Shown: positions 39,652 through 49,175 of the stretch, one piece after another
Layout: every line of letters begins with the position of its first letter
Position numbering within the stretch: position 1 is the stretch's first letter
From: an uncultured Anaerolineales bacterium
Lineage (GTDB): Bacteria; Chloroflexota; Anaerolineae; Anaerolineales; UBA11858
Assembly: GCA_964539105.1 (NCBI GenBank)
Contig: CAZIFI010000003.1
Span: 39,202-103,201 of the forward strand
DNA length: 64,000 bases
Direction of reading: 5' to 3'
Position numbers and translations under genes: made by a program
The notes under the pieces: model-generated
What the model was told of the DNA's origin: nothing
Databases searched by the model: none
The model's input: the letters and a program-made list of their open reading frames with translations, nothing else

Positions 39652-40069
39652 TATCGAACACCCGATGGAACCCTTTCATACCGCCGTAGTAAGGATCTGG
39701 CACACCGTCATCCGGCTGGGCCTGGGGATCGAACTCCCGCATCAATCTGATTTTGTTTGCGTCCTGGGGCGAATCAGCCAGGCGCTCCAGCGCTCGGCGA
39801 TTATCTGTATCCATGGCAATAATCAAATCAAACCTTTCAAAGTCCTCTTTTTGAAATTGCCGGGCACTGCCGCTGTATGTCAATCCCCGTTCCCTGGCCA
39901 CTTTCCTCATCCGGGAGTCAGGTTTTTCCCCCACATGATAGGCTGAGGTCCCGGCGGAATCCACATCATACTTTTCCCCCACCCCATTTTTTTCCGCCAC
40001 ATGCCGGAACATATTTTCAGCCAGGGGGCTGCGGACGATGTTTCCCAAACAGACAAAACAAATCTTCAT
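39593..40069 (-). CDS. Low-molecular-weight protein-tyrosine phosphatase
   Basis: P-loop CLGNIVRS (CX5R) at the N-terminus and a DPYY motif near the C-terminus. Confidence 0.85.
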   Translation of the reverse strand: MKICFVCLGNIVRSPLAENMFRHVAEKNGVGEKYDVDSAGTSAYHVGEKPDSRMRKVARERGLTYSGSARQFQKEDFERFDLIIAMDTDNRRALERLADSPQDANKIRLMREFDPQAQPDDGVPDPYYGGMKGFHRVFDIVERSTRELLEALEGGEEI

Positions 40070-40233
40070 CAGTATACCTCCACGGGATATATACTACCAT
40101 CAACAGGGGGTTCATGTCACCCTTTCCCCGCCCCAAGGTCTTGCCAGCCAGACCCCCATCCGCTACACTGAAAAGAGAAAACATGGCTGCCGCTGTTTTC
40201 CTCATCCCTCACATGGAAGGAGAGTCAAAAACG

Positions 40234-41128
40234 ATGGATGTCATCCCAACGGGGTCTTTATTTCTGGACCGTTCCCTGGGTACAGGGGGACTTCCCAGAG
40301 GATGGATCACGGAACTGTATGGACCTCCCTCTTCGGGAAAAACAACCCTGGCTCTGTATATCCTGGCTGAAGCGCAGCACATTGGCCTGACAGCGGCCTT
40401 CCTGGACATCGAAAGCGGCCTCGACCCCGCTTACGCCGAACGCTGCGGGGTCGTCAAACCCGGACCGGGCCCTGATCGCATCTCCCGAAAGCGGCACCAA
40501 GGCCCTCACCCTGTGCCGTTTGCTGCTCGAATCAGGCGATGTCCATCTGGTGGTGCTGGACTCCCTGGCAGGGTTGGCATCCAACCGGGAACTGGAAATC
40601 GGGTTCTATCCCGATCGCTATGGAGAGCTCAACCCCTTGTTGGCCTCCCATCTTAGAAAGATCGACCGGATTTGCCGGTTAACAGGCGGAACCTTACTGT
40701 GTACCAATCAACTCCGCACCCGGACCAGGAAGGGCTACGGTACCCCGGAAACAACGCCCGGTGGGTTGACCATCAAATTCCACGCAGCAGTCAGAATTGC
40801 CCTGAAGGTAATCTGCCCCCTGGGAAGGAAAGGTCATTACCACGGAGTACGGATTAACGCTACCGTAAACAAGAACCGCTTTCACCCCAAAGAGCATAGC
40901 GCACAGATCGAGATCGTGTATAATAAAGGTATAAATAAGGAAAGGGAATTAATTTCCCTGGGCAAAGAAGTTAAATTGATTACTAAACATGGCTCCATGT
41001 ATCAGTATCGGGGCCAAAACCTTGGACAGGGACAACAAGCTGCCTATCAGACACTGCAGGTGAATGAACATGTGGCACAAGCTCTGGAAAGAGACCTGCG
41101 GGCAATGATACTTCCCCCCATACGCTAG
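40234..41128 (+). pseudogene. recA: recA: divergent, N-terminally truncated and interrupted by a +1 frameshift near 40450-40458
   Basis: Frame 1 (40234-40458) encodes [38 protein letters not shown]...[20 protein letters not shown], which corresponds to RecA residues ~35-110. Frame 2, from about 40457 to 41128, continues ..[36 protein letters not shown]...NQLRTRTRKGYGTPETTPGG...KFHAAVRIALK.. to a normal C-terminus. Removing one A from CAAACC at 40455-40457 restores a single ORF. No ORF upstream encodes the canonical N-terminal ~33-aa helix. An AAGGAGAG Shine-Dalgarno sits 10 nt before ATG 40234. Confidence 0.7.
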
Positions 41129-41395
41129 ACCCTGTCAGGACACGGCCGGAAACTGAACGACCACGGCCGACCGCGGTGTAACATAATATATTGATCTCAA
41201 AACCACATTTGTGGGTTAGTAAAAATAGCGCTTTGTTAAATTCGACTACTGCATTTAGAAGATTAGGATAACCATATAGTTTGGATTTAATCGCTTCCTG
41301 ATAAACGCGTATCTCAGCGCATTCCATCAGGTGTTAAAGAGATCAATAGCCATGTATACAGCCGCGGTCCTGCAAGGAAAAGCCGCGGCTGTAAT

Positions 41396-42025
41396 ATGTT
41401 TAAGATTACCAACCTGGAACCACAAAAACACGACCCGCAGCGCCTGAACGTGTATCTGGATGGAGAATTTGCTTTTGGCGTGGCGCGCGCTGTCGCTCCC
41501 TGGCTGCAGGTGGGGATGGAACTCAGCAGGAAAAAAATCGATAAGCTAAAAGCCCAGGACGATGAGGAAAAAGCCTACCAGAGGGCATTAAATTTTCTCA
41601 GCTATCGGGACCGTTCTTGTGCAGAAGTCGAGCGCAATCTCCGCAAACACGATGCCCCTGAAACAGCAATTGAAGCGGTCATCCAGCGCCTTCTGGACAA
41701 CAAGCTCTTGGACGACCTTGATTTTGCCCGGAAGTGGGTTGAAAACAGAGCCGCTTTTCATCCCCGGGGGCGTCGGGCCCTGGCCTCGGAGCTGAGGCAG
41801 AAAGGCGTCTCACGCCAGGTAATCGATAAAGTGCTTGAAGATGTCGATGAGCGCAAAATGGCGTATAAAGTGGCTCAAAATAAACTGCGCCGCATAAAGA
41901 ATCTTGACCGATCTGACTTCAATAAAAAGCTGTACGGTTACCTCTCACGTCGGGGGTTTCACTACGGGATCTGCAAAGAAACCGCAGATAGGGTTTGGGC
42001 CGAGCTGCATGACAACCCGCAGTGA
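41396..42025 (+). CDS. recX: Regulatory protein RecX
   Basis: Three-repeat helical RecX fold (LSYRDRSCAEVERNLRKH..., ALASELRQKG...). Positioned downstream of recA, as is common. Confidence 0.85.
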   Translation: MFKITNLEPQKHDPQRLNVYLDGEFAFGVARAVAPWLQVGMELSRKKIDKLKAQDDEEKAYQRALNFLSYRDRSCAEVERNLRKHDAPETAIEAVIQRLLDNKLLDDLDFARKWVENRAAFHPRGRRALASELRQKGVSRQVIDKVLEDVDERKMAYKVAQNKLRRIKNLDRSDFNKKLYGYLSRRGFHYGICKETADRVWAELHDNPQ

Positions 42026-42114
42026 ATGAGATCACTCCCGGCAAGGATGGAATTATTTTTGTAGGACATAACAACTCACGGCTGCAAGCCGATTAGTGAA
42101 AACGAGGTCTGACC

Positions 42115-43641
42115 ATGATAAATAATCCGCTCTTCATCAGTCTAAGTGCCCTCGTTTTAGGACTGGCAATAGGGTACTTTGTAAAACATTACATCATTAC
42201 AAAACAGAACGAAAGAAAACAGAATCAAGCCAATCGCATTCTCAGTGAGGCCGAAAAGAAATCAGCCAGGATCATCAAAGAAGCCCAGGAACGGGCCCTG
42301 GAAATCACACAATCGGCCGAAAATGAGTCTTCCCGGAGAAGGATGGAGCTCAACCGGTATGAAGAACGCCTGCAAAGCCGCAGCGATCAACTGGACCGCA
42401 GGGCGGAAAAATTGGAGGACCGGGAACATGCCATCAGCAAGCGCCAGAGTTCCCTGGACAAAAAGGCCAATGAGATCCAGAAAAAATACGATCAAGCCTC
42501 CCAGGAACTGGAACGCATCAGCCAGCTCACCAAGGAACAAGCCCGTGATATCCTCTTCAAGCGTGTGGAGGAAGAGGCCCGGCACGATATGTCCCGTATC
42601 GTGCGGGAAATCGAAGCTGAAGCCCGTGAGGAAGGGGAAAGAAAAGCCCGGAAGCTGATCGCAGATGCCGTGCAGCGCGTCGCGTCCGACCACGTAGATG
42701 AAGTGACATCTTCCACGGTTTCCTTGCCCTCGGATGACATGAAAGGGCGCATCATCGGCCGCAACGGACGCAATATAAGAGCCTTTGAAAAGGCCGCTGG
42801 CGTGGATGTCATCGTGGATGACACCCCGGAAGCGGTGACCATCTCCTGTTTTGACTCCGTGCGGCGGGAAATTGCCACCCAGGCTATGAAAAAATTGGTA
42901 TTGGATGGACGGATACACCCTGCGCACATCGAACAAATCATTGAAAAGGAAAAAGAGAATATCGAGGAAATCATCCGCGAGGCTGGCGAACAGGCAGCCT
43001 TCGAGGCCGGCGTTCCCGGCCTCCACACCGAAATCACGAAAAAAATGGGACGCCTGAAATTCCGCACATCGTACGGTCAGAACCAGCTTGCTCACGCGGT
43101 GGAAACCGCCCAGTTGGCATCTGTTCTGGCCTCGGAAATAGGCGCGGATATCGAAACATCCAAAGCCGGAGGGCTGCTGCACGACCTGGGAAAGGCCATG
43201 GACCATAACGTAGAAGGGACGCACGCCCAGATCGGGGCTGAATTTGCAGAACGCCACGGGGTCCCCCAGAAAGTAGTCAACGCCATCGCTTCCCACCACC
43301 ATGAAGTTGAACAACAGAGCGTGGAAGCGGTCATTGTAGAAGCCGCTGATGCCATCTCCGGCGCTCGGCCTGGAGCCCGTCGTGAGAGCCTGGAACAATA
43401 CCTGAAACGGGTCCGGGCCCTGGAAGACGTCGCCAATTCTTTCGATGGCGTAAAAAAGTCTTATGCCCTGCAGGCCGGCCGTGAAGTGCGCATCTTTGTC
43501 AAACCCCAAAAGATTGATGATCTGGCAGCATCGCGGTTAGCGCGGGAGATTTCTAAAAATATCGAAGAAACCATGCAGTATCCCGGAAAAATCAAGGTCA
43601 CCGTCATCCGCGAGACGCGGGCTATTGACTACGCGAAATAA
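42115..43641 (+). CDS. rny: Ribonuclease Y
   Basis: N-terminal TM, a coiled-coil region, a KH domain (GRIIGRNGRNIRAFE) and an HD domain (LLHDLGKA...H). 508 aa. Confidence 0.95.
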   Translation: MINNPLFISLSALVLGLAIGYFVKHYIITKQNERKQNQANRILSEAEKKSARIIKEAQERALEITQSAENESSRRRMELNRYEERLQSRSDQLDRRAEKLEDREHAISKRQSSLDKKANEIQKKYDQASQELERISQLTKEQARDILFKRVEEEARHDMSRIVREIEAEAREEGERKARKLIADAVQRVASDHVDEVTSSTVSLPSDDMKGRIIGRNGRNIRAFEKAAGVDVIVDDTPEAVTISCFDSVRREIATQAMKKLVLDGRIHPAHIEQIIEKEKENIEEIIREAGEQAAFEAGVPGLHTEITKKMGRLKFRTSYGQNQLAHAVETAQLASVLASEIGADIETSKAGGLLHDLGKAMDHNVEGTHAQIGAEFAERHGVPQKVVNAIASHHHEVEQQSVEAVIVEAADAISGARPGARRESLEQYLKRVRALEDVANSFDGVKKSYALQAGREVRIFVKPQKIDDLAASRLAREISKNIEETMQYPGKIKVTVIRETRAIDYAK

Positions 43642-43678
43642 ACCCGGCCCCTCAGCCCTGAACCACGGACGACGACTT

Positions 43679-43715
43679 CCCTCCCGGAAGGATGTACCCG
43701 GGAGGGTTCCGTTTT
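43679..43715 (+). terminator. Rho-independent terminator after rny
   Basis: Stem ccctcccgg / ccgggaggg with a 9-10 nt loop, followed by TTCCGTTTT. Confidence 0.75.
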
Positions 43716-43731
43716 GTACACAACCCAGAGA

Positions 43732-44376
43732 TCAAATCAGAAAAGGATTTCGCTCGCGTTCCCGTCCCACAGTCGTGGGAGGACCATGTCCGCTGTGGAC
43801 CTGGGTGTGATCCGGAAGAGGCAGGATCTGGGTCTGGATGGATTGCAAGAGCCTTTGATGGTTCCCCCCCGGCAAATCCGTCCGGCCAATACCGCCCCGG
43901 AATAAGACATCGCCACTGAACAGCACCCTCTCTTCCCCACAATAAAACATGACATGTCCCGGGGTGTGGCCGGGGGCATAGCGGACCTCGAAACGGTACC
44001 CCCCGACGCGTAGTTCCTGGCCGTGCTGGAAGGATACATTCGGCCTGGGGCCGGGATCAATATCCATCCCAAAACTGGGCGCTCCCCCTTTCCGCTCCCA
44101 TAAAACCATATCATCGTCATGCAGGCCAATTTGGAAGGATGATCCCCCTTCCTCGTTGATCAGATCCACCAGCTCCGCTACCCCTCCCAGGTGGTCAAAA
44201 TGAGCGTGTGTCAGCCAGATGGCCTGGATCTCCCACCCGGTTTCCTGAGCCGTGCTGGCTATGTACGCCCCATCCCAGGCAGGATCAATCACCACCGCTG
44301 CCTCCTGCTCGGTATCAGCCACGAGATATGTATTGGTCTGAACGGGTCCCAGGGTAAACATTTGGATCTCAAGCAT
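43732..44376 (-). CDS. MBL-fold metallo-hydrolase (glyoxalase II-like)
   Basis: THAHFDHLGG metal-binding motif with downstream His and Asp ligands. Start set at MLEIQMF. Confidence 0.8.
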   Translation of the reverse strand: MLEIQMFTLGPVQTNTYLVADTEQEAAVVIDPAWDGAYIASTAQETGWEIQAIWLTHAHFDHLGGVAELVDLINEEGGSSFQIGLHDDDMVLWERKGGAPSFGMDIDPGPRPNVSFQHGQELRVGGYRFEVRYAPGHTPGHVMFYCGEERVLFSGDVLFRGGIGRTDLPGGNHQRLLQSIQTQILPLPDHTQVHSGHGPPTTVGRERERNPFLI

Positions 44377-44498
44377 AGGTATCCTCAATCTAATGGCTTA
44401 ATTCGGTTCTCTATTTCTAGAACTGTATTTTATCACTTGGGACGACAGGATGGTCATGATAAACTTTCCATTAAGTTCTCACGACCCAGGGAGACCCC

Positions 44499-45884
44499 AT
44501 GACCGAACATCCTCCAGAACCGTTCCGCATCAAAATGGTCGAACCCATCTCTCTGATTGACCGCGAGCAGCGGGATAAGGCGCTCCAAGAGGTGGGATAT
44601 AACGTGTTTGGACTGAGGTCTGACCAGATCTTCATCGATCTACTGACCGATTCTGGAACGGGGGCCATGAGTCAGGATCAATGGTCCGGGATGATGAAAG
44701 GGGATGAATCCTACGCTGGCGCCCGTTCCTATCACCGCTTAGCATCTGTGATCGACGATATTTTCGGCTTTAAGTATTTCTTGCCCACCCATCAGGGTCG
44801 GGCTGCGGAAAATATTCTGTGCAGCGTTTTATTGAAGCGGGATGATTGTATCCCTTCGAACATGCACTTTGATACTACCGAAGGCAACATCAGAGCCAGA
44901 GGAGGCAGGCCGACAAACCTGGTCATCGATCAGGCCTTTGATACCACTTCCCGGCATCCATTCAAGGGCAACATGGACCCTGAAAAACTGAAAGCATTTA
45001 TCCGGGAAAAAGGTCCAGAAAAGATCCCCTTTGGCATGCTGACTATCACCAACAATGCCGGGGGAGGACAACCCGTCTCCCTCAAAAACATCCATGCCGT
45101 GTCCGACATCTACCGCAGGCATAACATCCCTTTCTTCATCGATGCCTGTCGTTTCGCGGAGAACGTGTATTTCATCAAGCTGCGAGAAGAAGGCTACCAG
45201 GATCACAGTACCCTGGAAATTGCCCGGGAAATCTTTTCTGTCGCAGATGGTGCCACCATGAGCGCCAAAAAGGACGGTCTGGCCAATATAGGCGGATTTC
45301 TAGCCATGAATGACCAGGCCCTTTACCAACAGGCCGGCAATGAACTCATCCTCAGGGAAGGGTTCCTGACGTACGGCGGTCTATCCGGCCGAGATCTGGA
45401 CGCCATGGCAGTCGGCCTGCAGGAAGCTCTTGCTGAATCCTATCTTTCCTACCGGCTGGAACAGACCGCCTACCTCGCTGCGGAACTCAAGGAGAACAGG
45501 ATTCCCATCATTGAACCTCCCGGGGGGCATGCCGTGTATATCGACGCTGGCCAACTGCTGCCCCATATTCCCCAACATCAATTTCCAGGCCAGGCTCTGG
45601 TGGTTGCCCTTTATCTGGAGGGGGGAGTTCGCGCTGTCGAGTTAGGGTCTGTGGCCTTTGCCCACTCCGATCCGGACAGCGGTGAGATGGTTTACCCGGA
45701 GATGGAACTTGTCCGACTAGCCCTCCCCCGTCGAACATATACACAGAGCCATCTGGATTTTGTGGTGGATGTTCTGGCAAGGATCACAGCCCGGAAAGAC
45801 GAGCTAACGGGATATGAGATTACTTACCAACCGGAGTTGATGCGGCATTTTACAGCCCGTTTCCAGCCGCTGGGATCATCCTGA
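44499..45884 (+). CDS. Tryptophanase / tyrosine phenol-lyase family beta-eliminating lyase
   Basis: Full-length match to the TnaA/TPL family. Conserved N-terminus FRIKMVEP, a PLP-Lys region (SAKKDGLANIGG) and a length of 461 aa. Confidence 0.85.
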   Translation: MTEHPPEPFRIKMVEPISLIDREQRDKALQEVGYNVFGLRSDQIFIDLLTDSGTGAMSQDQWSGMMKGDESYAGARSYHRLASVIDDIFGFKYFLPTHQGRAAENILCSVLLKRDDCIPSNMHFDTTEGNIRARGGRPTNLVIDQAFDTTSRHPFKGNMDPEKLKAFIREKGPEKIPFGMLTITNNAGGGQPVSLKNIHAVSDIYRRHNIPFFIDACRFAENVYFIKLREEGYQDHSTLEIAREIFSVADGATMSAKKDGLANIGGFLAMNDQALYQQAGNELILREGFLTYGGLSGRDLDAMAVGLQEALAESYLSYRLEQTAYLAAELKENRIPIIEPPGGHAVYIDAGQLLPHIPQHQFPGQALVVALYLEGGVRAVELGSVAFAHSDPDSGEMVYPEMELVRLALPRRTYTQSHLDFVVDVLARITARKDELTGYEITYQPELMRHFTARFQPLGSS

Positions 45885-45889
45885 CGGGG

Positions 45890-46975
45890 TTAATCCAGGA
45901 CTTCAAGGTTGACCATCCTCTTCCGCCTGGGTGTGAAATAAACCCGGTACATTCTTCCGTTTTCAAAGGCTTCGTAGGCCTTTTTGTTTACTCTGAATTC
46001 CTTCCCCCCAATCACATAGTAATATTTCGTACGGGTTGAGCTGTCGGTATCGGTGTTCTGGCGGTATGTCCGCAACCCGCGGCCCTCCCAGGATTCAACA
46101 CTTCTGGAAAACAGATCTTGTAGGGATGTAATCAAGAGATAAATCCCCCCTACCCCTGCTCCAACCACGGCTGCCATGATAATCAGTGTGCCCGTATTAA
46201 CTCGCTTGACAAATTCCAGCACGTTGTGGCTGCCCGATATAGCCCGCGAAACTTCATTGTCCCGGGTCAGGGCGAAATAGCTGACCCCCAAGGTAAACAG
46301 CATCAGGAAAGCGCCCAGAAGCACCGGTTCCAGCAATTTACTGGTCTGGCTTTTGCTGAGAATTCCCCTCCTGTTCTCATGCAGCGCCTCTTTATCTAAC
46401 GAATTGGCGTCCGCCAGGACATCATTTAACCCTGTGATCGCTTCCAGTTCAGGGTTGATGCTCAGGGCTTCAGCAGACAGCACAAAGCCGCTTTCCTGTA
46501 AATAGTAAAAGCGATAGGTCACACCCGGTTCTAACCCCGATCTGTTGTCAAAGGGCAGTTTGAGGTTTTTCCCCGGGACAGAAATCCGGTATGCTGAACC
46601 CTGGAAAACCACAACACCGGCATCAGAGCGGATGTCATGTCGGGTCAAATCTCGCTGCAGGGCTTCTTTTTTCTGCAAAAACGCCCGTCGCTGATAAAGG
46701 ATCAACCCCCCGAATACGACCACACCCAACAGGAAAAAAAGAAGCACATTCCAAGGAGAAACCTCCAGGGAAAGCAGGCCAGCTGCCAGAAAAAATATCC
46801 CCCAGCCCATCACTTGCAAGGTTCGTAAACGATTCGTCCGTTTCAAAAAAGTTTGGAAACTGGCCGTTATTTTTTGTAATACGGCTTTCTGCTCCCCGGT
46901 CACCCGCCCATCCTGGTTTGCTTCCAGGTAAGCAGGGTGGTCAAAACGGTAGTCTTGAAATAATTCAGAAAACAT
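45890..46975 (-). CDS. Hypothetical membrane protein (about 4 TM)
   Basis: ORF with two pairs of hydrophobic helices and no recognisable domain. Start uncertain: it could be MFSELFQ at 46975 or 47125. Confidence 0.45.
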   Translation of the reverse strand: MFSELFQDYRFDHPAYLEANQDGRVTGEQKAVLQKITASFQTFLKRTNRLRTLQVMGWGIFFLAAGLLSLEVSPWNVLLFFLLGVVVFGGLILYQRRAFLQKKEALQRDLTRHDIRSDAGVVVFQGSAYRISVPGKNLKLPFDNRSGLEPGVTYRFYYLQESGFVLSAEALSINPELEAITGLNDVLADANSLDKEALHENRRGILSKSQTSKLLEPVLLGAFLMLFTLGVSYFALTRDNEVSRAISGSHNVLEFVKRVNTGTLIIMAAVVGAGVGGIYLLITSLQDLFSRSVESWEGRGLRTYRQNTDTDSSTRTKYYYVIGGKEFRVNKKAYEAFENGRMYRVYFTPRRKRMVNLEVLD

Positions 46976-47156
46976 ATCCTTCCCTCCTGCAGGACGATCG
47001 CGTCTCCCACCTGTACCATAGCCCTCCCGTGCTGGATTATAGCAATCTTTATGATGAAAACCTATAGGGTACTGAATCACCCTTTTTAATGACCCCCCTG
47101 GTAAGATCAAACTGCGGTCCGCCAATCCGGAAAAACAAAAACCGCCCGAAGGCGGT

Positions 47157-47240
47157 CAATGGAAATGCGCTGGGCGGGAATCGAACCCGCACGCCTGTGA
47201 AGGCATATGGCCCTCAACCATACCTGTCTGCCAGTTCCAG
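47157..47240 (-). tRNA. tRNA-Leu (anticodon GAG), class II
   Basis: The reverse complement reads GCGCTGG-TG-CTGGAACTGGCAG-A-CAGGTATGG-TTGAGGG-CCATATG-(variable arm GCCTTCACAGGCGT)-GCGGG-TTCGATT-CCCGC-CCAGCGC-A. The T-loop is GTTCGATTC, the anticodon loop is TTGAGGG and position 37 is G. Confidence 0.82.
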
Positions 47241-47373
47241 CACCAGCGCGTGTGAAATATTGACAGCTCGTCAAGGGGGATTTTCCTGTCCCGCTGCGAG
47301 CAGTGGTATTATAATCTCCCACACAAGGATGTCAAGAGAAGCAGGCCCGGGGACATGATCGAGGAGAGTCATT

Positions 47374-48369
47374 ATGCATATTGTATTGGATGCTATGGGA
47401 AGCGACAATTACCCTCACCCTGAGGTGGAGGCTGCCTACCAGGCAGCCCATCAATTCGAGGCAGACATTACCCTGGTAGGACAAGAGAAAAAGGTTGTCC
47501 CGCTTATGAAACAAAAAGGCCCTCATCCCAGGCTGCACTTCGAACACGCCCCTGAAATCCTGGAGATGACAGACAAACCAGCCCGTAACGCCAGGCGGAA
47601 ATCAGATAATTCCATGGCTGTGGGACTGGACCTGGTTAAATCCGGCCAGGCGCAGGCGTTCGTGACCGCCGGAAACACAGGGGGAGCGATGGTCAACGCC
47701 CTTTTCAGGCTGGGGCGCATCAAAGGTGTCAAGCGTCCTGCCCTGACAACCATGGTGCCCACCGAGTCAGGCCATACCATCACGGTAGATATTGGCGCGA
47801 ACGCTGACTGCAAACCGCCTTTCCTGCTCCAATTTGCCATCATGGGCTCCCTCTACGCGGAGCAGATTCTGGGAATTGAAACCCCGCGCGTGGGGATACT
47901 TTCCAATGGAGAAGAAGAAGGAAAAGGAAATCAACTCGTGAAAGACACCTTTCCCATCCTGAAGAACAGCAGCCTGAATTTCATCGGCAACGTTGAACCC
48001 AAAGAACTCTTCACGGGCGGAGCCGACGTAGTCGTAACCGACGGTTTTACCGGAAATGTGTTGATCAAAACCAGCGAAGCCGTATCCAAGCTGCTGCTTG
48101 ATATCCTAAAAACGGAACTGAGCGGCAGCCTGAGGACTAAAATCGGCGCCGGCCTGGCCATGCCTGCTTTCCAGCGGGTTCGCGACTTGCTGGACCCCCG
48201 CCAGATTGGCGCCGCTCCCCTTTTGGGCGTGGACGGCCTGGTGTTTGTAGCCCACGGCCGGTCAGACCATGTGGCCCTGGTCAATGCCCTAAAACTCGCC
48301 AGGCAGTCCGTGCAGGCGGAATTGCTGACTAATTTGAAATCAGCTATTCAGGAACAGCTCACCGAATAA
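47374..48369 (+). CDS. plsX: Phosphate acyltransferase PlsX
   Basis: MHIVLDAMGSDNYPHPEVEA..., FVTAGNTGG and VVVTDGFTGNVLIKT, all typical of PlsX. Confidence 0.95.
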   Translation: MHIVLDAMGSDNYPHPEVEAAYQAAHQFEADITLVGQEKKVVPLMKQKGPHPRLHFEHAPEILEMTDKPARNARRKSDNSMAVGLDLVKSGQAQAFVTAGNTGGAMVNALFRLGRIKGVKRPALTTMVPTESGHTITVDIGANADCKPPFLLQFAIMGSLYAEQILGIETPRVGILSNGEEEGKGNQLVKDTFPILKNSSLNFIGNVEPKELFTGGADVVVTDGFTGNVLIKTSEAVSKLLLDILKTELSGSLRTKIGAGLAMPAFQRVRDLLDPRQIGAAPLLGVDGLVFVAHGRSDHVALVNALKLARQSVQAELLTNLKSAIQEQLTE

Positions 48370-48405
48370 GGTGTGATTACCCGCACCACAGGAGACAGTT
48401 CAACT

Positions 48406-49098
48406 ATGCACATTTACCGGGATGATCAAAAAATCAACCTCCGAGCGAGATTTGGTAAGTATGCCGGCATCGCCTCCCTGCTCATCTTGGGCGGCGGGAT
48501 GTATCTCAGTTTCAAATTCCAATCCCAGGTATGGTATTCTCTGATCGCCCTCATTCTGGGCTTCGTGCTGTCCCAGATCAGCATTTATTACACCAATCAA
48601 TACGGCCGCTCTCCCCGCCCGGATCAGGAATTGGATGACGCATTAAAGGGATTGGATGATCGCTATGCGCTGTACCATTACGCGTCACCTGTCTCTCATC
48701 TCCTGGTCGGACCGGCAGGGATCTGGATCCTCTTTCCCTTTCATCAGAAAGGAAAGATCACGTATCTGGAGGAAAAAGGACGCTGGGACCGAAAGGGAGG
48801 AAATCTTTATCTCAAGTTTTTTGCCCAGGACAGCATCGGCCGCCCCGCCATGGAAATTGAAGCGGCGAAAGACAGACTGGCATCCTTCCTGGAGAAAATT
48901 CCGGAGTTCGATCTTCCCACCCTTCATGCTGCTCTGGTTTTCACGCACGAGGATGCGAAAGTGGAAGCCGATAACGCTCCCTCCCCCACGCTGCATGCCT
49001 TGCAGTTCAAGAAATTTATCCGGAAACAGGAAAAAGGGGAACGATCCCTTTCCATGTCCAAAGTTCGCACCGTACAGGATGCCATGGGGGAATTGTAA
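48406..49098 (+). CDS. NERD-domain-like membrane protein
   Basis: Two N-terminal TM helices followed by a nuclease-related-domain-like region (YALYHYASP..HLLVGPAGIWIL...ALVFTHEDA). Alternative start at 48373. Confidence 0.5.
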   Translation: MHIYRDDQKINLRARFGKYAGIASLLILGGGMYLSFKFQSQVWYSLIALILGFVLSQISIYYTNQYGRSPRPDQELDDALKGLDDRYALYHYASPVSHLLVGPAGIWILFPFHQKGKITYLEEKGRWDRKGGNLYLKFFAQDSIGRPAMEIEAAKDRLASFLEKIPEFDLPTLHAALVFTHEDAKVEADNAPSPTLHALQFKKFIRKQEKGERSLSMSKVRTVQDAMGEL

Positions 49099-49110
49099 TA
49101 TTTGCTGCAT

Positions 49111-49144
49111 AAAAAACTGACCCGGGCTGATTGGCCCGGGTCAG
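49111..49144 (-). terminator. Rho-independent terminator for the minus-strand SPFH operon
   Basis: 11-bp stem ctgacccgggc / gcccgggtcag. The plus-strand A6 run upstream becomes a U-run on the minus-strand transcript. Confidence 0.75.
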
Positions 49145-49175
49145 ATACATGCAGCTTGCAGGGGGGGAAATTTGA

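Noticed and set aside
42262-43509. 415-aa ORF on the minus strand
   Set aside because: It lies entirely antisense within rny, whose product shows clear RNase Y domain order (TM, KH, HD). The antisense ORF is a high-GC frame artefact.
44499-45884. Selenoprotein-type in-frame TGA in the tryptophanase or other ORFs, given selB
   Set aside because: All strong ORFs read through without an internal TGA. No adjacent same-frame ORF pairs separated by a single TGA were found.
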